Part shown: positions 9,330-20,004 of the stretch, one piece after another
Position numbering within the stretch: the first letter of the stretch is position 1
Layout: every line of letters begins with the position of its first letter
NCBI GenBank assembly: GCA_964016885.1
Contig: OZ024742.1
Coordinates: forward strand, 146,692,001-146,756,000
Source: Eledone cirrhosa
Taxonomy: Eukaryota
DNA length: 64,000 bases
Direction: 5' to 3'
Made by a program: the position numbers and the translations under genes
The notes under the pieces: model-generated
Seen by the model: the letters and a program-made list of their open reading frames with translations, nothing else
Databases searched by the model: none
Told to the model about the DNA's origin: nothing

Positions 9330-11745
9330 GAGTTTGGTCTCTGTGTAGTAACAAATACCTAATTTCAACAGGCCAATTAATATAAAACCACTTAAAGGCA
9401 CTATAGATTAAGTCTTGGCCTTTACTTGACTATGTCATAATACTCAACCACAATAAAAGTGATGTCACACTAACTCAGGTCTTTCCCTCAACAGAGTGTT
9501 GGTCAAAACATGCTTTAGTGCGAAGTTGCAAGAAAATGAAACTAAAGCCAGCAGTTAAACATAACCAGAAATTGAACATCACTAAGCTCAAAACTGATAG
9601 AAAAAACCTTTTGGTGAATACTTTAGATGAAAATCTGCAGAACATAAACATCATAAAAAATATTAAGGAATCATGGACCCAGTTGATAGATAAAATCTAT
9701 GAATCTTCAAAGGAGATTTTTGATTTTTCTAAAAGGAAGAGCTAAGACCGGTTTGATGAAAATGATGAAATCAATGATGAAAGACAATGGAAAAACATAG
9801 TCTGAAAACTCTACCATGGATTTATGTTGAAGACAAAACTCTGAAGATAGTCGGTAGTTTTACATAACTTGGATCAACTGTAACTAGTGATGCAAAGTTA
9901 GACAAGGAAACTGAAATATGCATAGGAAAGGCAAGTTCAGTTGTTGGTAAATGTTATGGCAGTTAAACGATGTGTCAGTTAAAACAAAAGTCAATATCTC
10001 TAAAGCTGATGTTCTTACAACTATGGAGCAGAGGCCTAGACTCCCTATCACAAATCTCTTCTTGTTGTTCTTGTGGCGGCATTCACCCTGGGTTGGTTGA
10101 GCCAGCTCCGTCCAACGAATTTACCGTATCCTGAATGAAGGTCAACCAAGCACGACGGTCCAACGCTATCGAAGATATGAGTGTCAGCCATTCGCGGTTC
10201 CATCGCCGAATCCCACACAGGCGTGGGTCTAAGATCAGCTCTGCATCTTGCCTCACCGTCCTAAGTCACGTTTTCAGTTGACCTCCACGACGTTTCCTCC
10301 ATTCCAACAGAGGAGATGGATCAATGGCTTCGCGGATGAAGTTGCCCGGTTGTCGACGGAGAGCATGACCAAGCCAGCGAAGACGCCTCGTGAGAAGAGC
10401 CTGCTGGAGGAGGAGATTTTGCAGCATGCACGGATTGCAGAATTCAAGATGAATTGTTGCCAGTTAACACGAAGGATACAGTGTAAACAATGATGGTCGA
10501 ACACTTCAAGTTTACGCATGTCCTCTGCTCTCAGTGGTCAGGTTTTGCAGCCATATAGCAGGATTGTTCGAACAAGGGCTTGGTAGATCCGAATTTTGGT
10601 GGTCAGTTTAATTTCAAGTCTGCTCCATAGCCGAACGCGTAGACGACAGAAGGCGAGCGTTACTGATGCGACCATTTATATCCTCAACTTCTTGGCCTGT
10701 TGCAGTGACTATAGAATCTAGATGCTTAAAGCGATCAACCTCTTCAAGGGCTTCTCCGTCAAGGACAATCGGTTGTTTTTCAGCGGATAAGAAACCTGCA
10801 GTCAGCAGCTTGGTCTTCTGTGCATTCACTTTCATGCCGAGTTTGGAGGCAAAGAACTGTAGCTTATTGATTGTCGATTGGCGTCTGGAGAAGATGGTAT
10901 TCCTGCTGAGATTTTTTTTAAACACTTTACTGACATATTAACCTCGCCCGTTCACAAAATCCTTGTCCATGCCTGGGAATCTGAAGGCCTCCCCCAAGAC
11001 TGGAGCGACGCTGTTCTGCTTCCGTTTTTCAAGAAAGGCGATAAACGCTATTGCAGCAACTACCGCGGTATAACCCTAATCGACATTGCCACTAAGATTT
11101 TCGCTCCCATATTGCTAAAACGATTTCAAAATCAACGAGATGCACGCACAAGGCCAAATCAATGCGGTTTTCGTCCTGGTCGAGGATGTTACAGATCAGT
11201 TTTTCATGCTGCATGGGGTGCTTGAGCATCGCTGGTGCTATCAGCAGAAGACCCTCGTCTGCTTCATAGATTTTGCCGCTGCTTTTGATTCAGTCGATTG
11301 TGGAGCCCTTTGGAAGGTTATGCATGCAGATGGTATGCCACCAAAACTTCTTGACCTGCTAAAATCCTACTATCTTTCTACCCACACTAAGGTCCCTATC
11401 ACAAATACATAAGTCAAATGAGAATTTTCCATGTGGTATAAAATGGGATGATGGAGAGAAAAATAGCGAAGTACTACTACAATGCAATATTTCTGGAATA
11501 GAAACATTCTTGATCAAATTTCAAATGACATGGTGTGGCCACATTTTCAGAATGAAGGATGAAAGAATTCCAAAGCAAGTCTTATTTGGCCAACTGAAAG
11601 GCCCTTATAGAAAAGTATTCCAACCATTACTTCAATATAAAGACAAGCTTAGGAACAATTTGAAACGTTTGAATATGAATATTAACACCTGGGAAAATGT
11701 TGCCAATAATAGGACTGAAACTGTGGTGATTTCCAGGGGTTGATT
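9330..11745 (+). mobile_element. Old decayed RTE (BovB-like) LINE, interrupted by a younger RTE
   Basis: Fragments LLDYVII..., and QMTWCGHIFRMKDERIPKQVLFGQL in ORF 11510-11743. Confidence 0.65.
10056..11392 (-). mobile_element. RTE LINE insertion with inverted 5' part and 14-bp TSD
   Basis: TCCCTATCACAAAT at 10042-10055 and 11393-11406; RT C-terminal half on minus (10614-10878), RT N-terminal half on plus (10878-11392: GEDGIPAE...KKGD...NYRGITL...QCGFRPGR...FIDFAAAFDSV). Confidence 0.85.
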
Positions 11746-12151
11746 GAGAAAAGGGGACTGTCCATTTTTTTTGTTGTTTTTCCATTGTCTGTGCACCCCA
11801 CTAAACTGAATGTGTGTGTGTGTGTGCATTTATACTTTAATTAATGATGTAGTACGCCAAAGAAAAAACAATCTTTTTCTCTTGGTTCTTGCTGTTTATC
11901 AGGTTATCATATAAAGATTTATATTGCTTCTGAAGATGCACAATATTTAATAATGCTTTGTTATACTCAATATATTCTTTTCCTATCTTTTATTATATTG
12001 TAATAACAAAAGTATAAGTTAAATAACATGTATTGAAACATTTGTAAGGCTATTAAATGGTTTAAGAAATCTTTTCTATCATCCCCATAACAAAAAATAG
12101 TCAGGTAACAGAGTATATAAACCCCCTGAATGGAAAAATCAGAATTATAGA

Positions 12152-12400
12152 AGGTGTGTGACCTAGTGGTTAGGGTACTCAGCATACAAATGTAAGGTCA
12201 TGTGTTCGATTCCTGGACCAGGTATCACATTGTGTCATTGAGCAAGATACTTTATTTCATGTTGCTTCCATCCACTTAGCTGGTAAAAATAAGGGGCCAG
12301 CCTTATTATGCTGAATCTCCCTGAGAACTACATTAACAATGCACTTGTCATAGGAATGCTGTGGCGCACTCACCATTGGAAACAATGGAGGAATAATAAC
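12152..12400 (+). mobile_element. Diverged tRNA-derived SINE (family 1 head and core)
   Basis: TGACCTAGTGG / GTGTTCGATTCC boxes, TTGAGCAAGATACTTTATTTCA core. Confidence 0.7.
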
Positions 12401-13524
12401 ACATATATACATACAAACATATATGTACATGTATGTACATACATACATACATATATATGTACATACATACACACACATATATGCACATACACATACATAA
12501 ATACATGCCCACACACACACATGCAAATGTATATAAATATAAAATTAATATCTTAAGGGTTATTAAGCGCCTTTCTCGTTATTTCTTTTTAATAATGTCA
12601 AATTTGACTGATAACCTTACTGCCAGTTTTATAATTGGATATATCGTAAACGAAAATCTCTACGAGAGAAAAACTATAAAAAGCAAAAAAAAGTCCATCT
12701 TTTCACCTGACGAACGGAAATAGGTAGATTCCTCATGTTGCTTTTCTCAGTAAGTAACTGCTTCATTACAGAAGAAATCAATTTTACTCAAATGTATTCA
12801 CAGATTTCCAAACCACACTACCCCCATCTTCTCTCCCTTCTCATCTTTGCCTCCTTCCTCCTCACCCCCCCCCCCTCTGCTTTCTTCTTCTTCTTCTTCT
12901 TCTTCTTCTTCTTCCCTACTGCTCCTCCACCACCTCCCCTTGCCATAAATGGCACCGTTACCCAATATTTCATCGATTCTTCTTTAATCTTATCTCGTCC
13001 ATCAAAATAACCGAAGCGCATAAATTTTCGGAATGCGCCAACCGACCGAGAGAACAACCTTAATATGGAGAGAGGGAGAGAGGGTGAAAGAGAGAGAGAG
13101 GGGGAGGAGGGAGAGAGAGAGAGAAAGAGAAACAGGAGAGAGAGCAGGGGGAGAAGGGAGATAGAGAGAGAGGGAGAGAGAGAGAGAGAGAGAACATACA
13201 GTGCCTCTGTTTGCGTCCTCTCTTTCAACACTGTTTTATAATCAGTAAAAAGACTGAGTAGAAATTGAGCGAAAAATCTCCTAAAATATATCAATAAATA
13301 ATATGTATGCCGTCAGATAACCTCATATAGAGAAAAGATTAAAACACAATTCATAAATAAAGTTGGCACCATTCAGTTTTAAAGAAACCCTGATAAATGG
13401 TTATCATTAAACGTACTGAAGCTTCACAGTGGTAACTGTTATAATCATTGCACTGTGTTTCTCTTTATATGTTCAAAGTAACTTATTGCTTACTCTGAGT
13501 TTTGTCTTCTGACTGACTAGGTAA

Positions 13525-14022
13525 CTGGTGACTAGCTGGCTGGTTGGTTAGGTGGCTGGTTGGTTAGGTGGCTGGCTAGGTGGCTGGCTGACTAGCTGGC
13601 TGGCTAGGTGGCTGGCTGACTAGGTGGTTGGTTGGTTAGGTGGCTGGCTAGGTGGCTGGCTGACTAGCTGGCTGGCTAGGTGGCTGGCTGACTAGGTGGC
13701 TGGCTGACTAGGTGGCTGGTTGGTTAGGTGGCTGGTTGGCTAGGTGGCTGGTTGGTTAGGTGGCTGGTTGGCTAGGTGGCTGGCTAGGTGGCTGGCTGGC
13801 TGGCTAGGTAGCTGGTTGGCTCGGTGGCTGGCTGACTAGATGGATGGCTAGGTGGCTGGTTGGCTAGGTGGCTGGCTGGTTAGGTGGCTGGCTAGGTGGC
13901 TGGTTGGCTAGGTGGCTGGCTGGTTAGGTGGCTGGCTGGCTCGGTGGCTGGGTGGCTGGGTGGCTGGCTGGATGGCTCGGTGGCTGGCTGACTAGATGGA
14001 TGGCTAGGTGGCTGGCTAGCTA
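13525..14022. repeat. G-rich (GGCT/GGTT/AGGT) degenerate tetranucleotide satellite
   Basis: Direct reading. Confidence 0.9.
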
Positions 14023-14040
14023 GAAGTCATGTCTATATAT

Positions 14041-14220
14041 ATAATTGTTTCTACGTTAGGCACAAGGCCAGCAAATAACCAGTACATTACTGGTACTTTA
14101 TTTTATCGACCCCGTAAGGATGAAAGGCAAAGTTAACCTCGGCAGAATGGCAAGGGCCGTAACTCTATGCGTCAAAGCATGGCGTCCGACCCTCTACCGA
14201 TACTGCCAGTCCACCGCCTT
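14041..14220 (-). mobile_element. SINE family 2
   Basis: Matches 8621-8803. Confidence 0.85.
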
Positions 14221-14668
14221 GTCTATATATATAATATATATACATATGATGATGCAGCATGTCTATATGAAAAGGAAAAAAAAATATTTTGTATATTAAG
14301 GGTGGTACTCCAGCATGGCTTCAGCCGGATGGCTGGAAACGCATGTGTATACGTGTGCGCCTGTGTGTGTGAGTGTGTTATTATACGCCCGTACGAAGCT
14401 ATAAGGATATGTGCATGTATATGTAAGTAAGAGAGAGAGGGGGGAGTGAGAGACAGAGAGAGAATGAAATGAAATGTACTTCAGTCAGTTACAATGATGA
14501 GTGTTTCAATATTTTGATCCATGGAACAGACTGCTCATGAAATTAGAGCATTTCATAGCTTCAGTGTGACAAGACTGGTTTTGGATTCCAGATATAGTTT
14601 AAATAACAGTCTTCCAAACAGTTTCCACCAACCCAACTAAGCTCATAAAGCATGAGTTGACCTGAGAC

Positions 14669-15177
14669 TGTAGCGAAATCTGTCCACGCCTTGAACCTTG
14701 GGTGACACCTAAAGGTCAAACTCTAGGTCACCACCCTTTTGGTGTGAACAGGTTCATGCGTGGGCTATCCCCTCAAGGTGGGAGACAGAAAGCGACAGGT
14801 GTATAAAGCCTGTATCATCCTACTTTTAGACAGAGACATCGGAGCAGTACGATACAGACAAGCCTGTGAAAGATTCCCCGCTACCTTCAGACCCTAGAGG
14901 TCTATAGAAATACAGAGTGAATAGATTCAGGACGAGAACTACTACGACTGACTGCAATAAACTTTAACCATCAACAAATTTTATCTGGTCGTTCGCTGTT
15001 TTCATATCAACAACAAAAACATTGTCAACCTTCTCAACTCTTGGTAACTGTTTTATTGTACTTTTTGATTGAAGTGAAGTAAACCATTATATATAAACTA
15101 AAATCATTTATTATTGTTATTTCATCTAACAACTGTTATAATCATTCTAACAATTACAACTAATACCCTTCGTTAAA
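14669..15177 (+). mobile_element. Probable solo LTR (509 bp)
   Basis: Starts TGTAGCGAA and ends TTCGTTAAA (degenerate inverse); AGAC duplicated on both sides; TATAAA ~14802 and AATAAA ~14956; interrupts an older SINE-like sequence. Confidence 0.55.
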
Positions 15178-15310
15178 AGACTATGACAAACGACATGTTC
15201 CCAAGATAAGATCAAATCTGAGACCTAATGATCTTGGACATAGTGTACACACACACACACAATAACACATGCATACATATATATATATATTTATATGTGT
15301 CTATATATAA

Positions 15311-17278
15311 CGAAGGAAGTGTGGTAAGGAAAAAGATGGACCATAACGCACCAGAGTACTCAATACTCCCTATAGAGGGACCAGCAGTACAAGTCAGCAG
15401 CAGCGTAGTAAGTAAGGCAATCAAAGATATGAAGACAGGGAAGGCAACCGGACCATCGGGTATAGCTGCCGAGATGCTAAAGGCATCTGGGTCGGTAGGT
15501 CACACCATAACCACATCTATTGTTAACCAGATAATACTAGAAGGTGTCATACCAAAGGATTGGTTCATTAGCATCATTGTCAACTGCTACAAAGGTAAAG
15601 GTGGTGCACTAGATAGAGGAAACTATAGAGGTATAAAGCCGATGGACCAGGTCATGAAAGTAACAGAAAGAGTTATAGCACAGTTGATTAGGGACCGGGT
15701 GAAACTAGATGAGATGCAATTTGGGTTTGTGCCAGGAAGAGGCACCACTGATGCCCTCTTCCTTGTGAGGCAGTTACAGGAAAAGTACTTAACTAAAAGT
15801 AAGCCACTCTACTTGGCATTCGTCAATCTCAAGAAAGCCTTTGACAGAGTTCCCCGTGCTATAATCTGGTGGGCTCTTAGAAAACTAGGAGTAGATGAAT
15901 GGGTGGTGAAAGCTGTACAAGCCAAGTATAGGGGAGCAGTCAGCAATGTTAGGATTAGCAATGAGTATAACGAGGAATTTAGCGTACAGGTCGGTGTCCT
16001 CCAGGGCTCTGTTCTTAGCCCTCTCCTGTTCATCATAGTCCTGCAGGCAATAACGGAGGAGTTTAAGACCGGATGCCCATAGGAACACCTGTATGCAGAT
16101 GACCTCGCACTTATAGCTGAATCTATGGTAGAACTAGAGAATAAATTCCAAACTTGGAAGCAGGGACTAGAAAGAGAGGTCCTTGTAAGTAGACGAGAAA
16201 ACAGATCTCAGATCCCCCCGGGGAAATGGCTTTGCTCAGTATGTAGGGAAGGCGTAAGTAGGAACTCCATTTTCTGCCTCAAATGCAAACAATGGGTACA
16301 CAAGAGATGTAGCAGGGATCTCAGGAAGCTTAACTAAGAATGTAGGCTTCACATGTAGCAGCTGTACATGACAGCAAGCAGCAAACAGCCACAGGAAACA
16401 AGTACCACCATACTCTGGGAGGGCTCTGTAGAAACAGTAGACAGTTTCTGCTACCTAGGTGACCAAATTAGCAGCGGAGGTGGATGTTCGGAAAGTACAA
16501 TAACTAGGGTAAGAACGGGATGGAAGAAGTTCAGGAAGCTACTGCCACTGCTAGCTGCAAAAGGCTTTTCCCTCAAAATGAAAGGCAGACTGTATGATGC
16601 GTGTATACGAACATCAATGTTACATGGTAGTGAGACCTGGGGAGCTGTCTGTAGAAGACTTGCGTAGATTAGAAAGAAACGAAGCCTGCATGCTCTGATG
16701 GATGTGTAATAGTAATATACGTGAACGGCAAAGCATAAATGAATTGAGAGGGAGACTGAGCATAAGAGGAATCAAATGCTGTGTGCAGGAGAGGCGGTTG
16801 CGTTGGTATGGACATGTGATGCGTATGAAGGATGCCAGCTGCATAAAAAGGTGCAGAGCACTAGAAGTCGATGGAAACCGCGGAGTGGGGAGACCCAAGA
16901 AGACCTGGGATGAGGTGATAAAAGCCGACCTTACCCAATTACACCTCTCAAAGGTGATGACACACGACCGTGACCTCTGGCGTCACACAGTAATACAGAA
17001 GACTCGACACCCCACGGGTACAAGCCGAAGCTGAAGCATATAGACAATATGCCCCACACACTCCCACTGCAAAGTGGTCGTGGAGGTGCCACGGCAAAAA
17101 AGCACCCAGCCCACACTGTAAAGTGGATGTGTAGGCGCCATGGAAAAAAAGCACCCAGCACTCACTGTAAATGAGGTTGGTGTTCGGAAGGGCATCCAGC
17201 TGTAGAAATCAAGTCAGAATCAGTTCCCGTATTAGCAAGAAAATGTCAGCGGACGTAAAACGATGATGATGATGATGA
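15311..17278 (+). mobile_element. RTE LINE, 5'-truncated, frameshifted RT plus long 3' UTR and (GAT)n tail
   Basis: ORFs 15228-16082 (GKATGPSGI...NYRGIK...QFGF...QGSVLSPLLF), 16125-17034; LYADDL at ~16090. Confidence 0.95.
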
Positions 17279-17279
17279 A

Positions 17280-17820
17280 GCTGGGTGCACCTTATGGTTG
17301 TCCATAAGTGTGCTAGAAATAGCAGCAACATCAACTATGGAGGTTCATAGGCATGCTAGGAATAGCACCTACATTAGCTAAGCAGGGTGAACGTCATGGT
17401 GGTCAATAGGTGTTCTAGAAATTGCAGCTTGATGGGGAAACCACATGGTGGTCCATAGGTGTGCCAGAAATAGCAGCTACATCAGCTAAACAGGGAGAAC
17501 CTAATGGTTGTCCACAGGTGCGCTAGAAATAGCATCTAATTAGGGGAAACCTCATGGTGGTCCATAGGTGTGCTAGAAATAGCTCTTTATATGCAGAACG
17601 TCACAGATGTCCGTAGGTGTGCGAGATTTAGCAGCTAAATAGGGTGAACCTCATGGTTCTCCATATGTGTGCTGGAAAATGCTGCTAAATTGGGTAAACT
17701 TCATGGTGGTCCATAAGTGTTGTAGAAATGTCATCTACAACAGCTAAACCCCATGGTGGTCCATTGATGTGCTAGAAATAGCAGCTACATAGGGAGAACC
17801 TCATGGTGGTCCATAGGTGT
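17280..17820. repeat. Diverged ~50-60 bp minisatellite (CATGGTGGTCCATAGGTGTGCTAGAAATAGCAGCT)
   Basis: About 10 recognisable units. Confidence 0.85.
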
Positions 17821-17892
17821 ACTTTTCGGGATAAACAACATTAGTACTTGGGCTAAATAACATTAGTCCTGGGGCTAAAGATTATCAGTCCT

Positions 17893-18112
17893 GTGGCAGT
17901 GGATTGACAGTATCGGTAGAGCATCAGACAACATGCTTTATGGCATAGAGTTATGCCCCTTTACGATCTGGGTTCAAATCCTGCCAAAGTTTGCTTTGCC
18001 TTTCATCCCTATGAGATTGATAAATTAAAGTACCAGTAATGCACTGGGGTCGATTTAATTGACTTTCCCCTCCCCCAAAATTGCTGGCCTTGTGCTTATA
18101 GTAGAAATCATT
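17893..18112 (+). mobile_element. SINE family 2 (long variant)
   Basis: GGGTTCAAATCC B box and GCCTTTCATCC core. Confidence 0.8.
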
Positions 18113-18149
18113 ATTTTGTCCTAATATTTCCGGAATTGAAAATCCCTCC

Positions 18150-18850
18150 ATCGAAATATTCTGGTCTTAACGCTTTGATATTTGATTTAAATTCTAAATC
18201 TAGAAACCGCTTTCAAGCGTTGTATTTTGACGTTTGCTGTAGTGTCCGTGAGAAGCAGGATGTAAAATCAGAGTTGAGGAGGAGAGAGAGCTACATTATA
18301 TTTTCTGGTGGAATGAGAAGGAGGTCATTCCAGAGTGGGAAAGCAAGCACCATGTCATTGTCTGACCTTGAAGAGAGTGAGTGACACCTGGCATTATATT
18401 GTAGGGTAGACCTCTCTTTCTATCATAGCCTGATTTGGGCAAGGAAAAAAAAGATGATTGACTTTGATGCAATAATTTTGGTCATGAAGTTTACATCTTT
18501 CATGTTTGTATTGAAATTTATATACCACATCGGTTATTTGCAGCATGTTCTGTAGTTTACCGGTCTGTGGCTTAATGTTAACAAGGAGAGTTTTATTTTG
18601 GTATGTTTTTAATATATTCTAAGAGCTAATGGTTTGGATCAATGCATGTTGTATTTTGTTTTAGGGGTTTCTTAATGATGTGTTCCTGATAGCATGGTGG
18701 AGGTACTGACAAGTATGTCAGCTTTTAGAGGGAGGGGGGTGTAGTGAGAAAAAGAATAGCTTCAAAGGAGTGATAATGGAGGGTGCATGGATGAGGTGAG
18801 GACATACATGTATGGTGAGAATAGCTACTAAGCTAATACAATATAATATG
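18150..18850 (-). mobile_element. Decayed CR1/L2-type LINE 3' region
   Basis: Minus-strand remnants LSLLTLSHR... and PLWNDL. Confidence 0.45.
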
Positions 18851-18877
18851 GACAAGGTGTTAAATTTTCATTACATT

Positions 18878-18982
<105 letters not shown>

Positions 18983-20004
18983 GGGGTTATAAAGTTCAAT
19001 TTAAAAAGAACACACAAAAACAAACAATGATACAAAATGTTATTAGTTTCATGTTTTAGAAAAGCTGAAAATGAATGTTTCAATATCTCAGACATTATAT
19101 ATCATCATCATCATGATCATCATCACAATTCAACGCCTGCTTTCCCTGCTAGTAAGGGTTGGATGGATCTTCACAAACCAAGTCAGTACTGAAGTGGGTC
19201 TGCTGACCTCCCAGACTGACCAGGAGTCTGCACCTTGTTTAAATAAGGTCCCACACTCTACAGAATACATTTTAGCATTTTTCCAGCACTAGAGAGGTTT
19301 TCATGTCTTTGATACAACTGAAGATACCACCCAACACTTTGTTTGGCAAGTTTTCTATGGCTGAATGCCCTCCCTATCACCAACTGCTTTACACCATGTA
19401 CTTGGTGTGTTTATCATGTAGATCACCAACACTAGGGAGATTATCTTGTCCATGACATAACTGAAGGGTCCTCCCAACCCTTTCTTTGACAAGCTTTATA
19501 TGACTGGATGTCCTTCCTATCATCAACCATTACAGTGTGTACTGGGTGCATTTATCATGTAGATCACCAAAAGTACAGGGGGTTGCCATGCTGTTGATGC
19601 AACTTAAGAGCCCTTTCAACACTTTTGGCATGGTTTCTACAGTGAGGTACCCTTCCTATCTCTAACCACTTTACAGGGTGTGTTGGGTATATTTTCAGGG
19701 CACCATCACTAGAGCAGTTGTCAATCATTGTCCAAACTGAAGAGCCTTCACTGCTTTAGGAGGAGGGGAGGAGAAGGGAGGTAAGTACGAAGTTATGGAT
19801 GTATAAGTGTGGTGTGATTTGATAGGGTGATGAGTAGGCAAGAGAAGGAATTATCTCTGATTGCACAAGAGATGTTGTGGGATGTAATGATAGTGATGGA
19901 GACATGAATAGTGCAGGCACTAACATGAGGGGACACTCACTGGTGTGTCAGGGATTTTGAGAGGCAGTGTAGTGATGGAGAGAATAGCTAAGGATTGGTA
20001 GAGG

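Noticed and set aside
12700-12730. CTGACGA-ACG-GAAA motif
   Set aside because: No room for helix II and no helix I or III pairing
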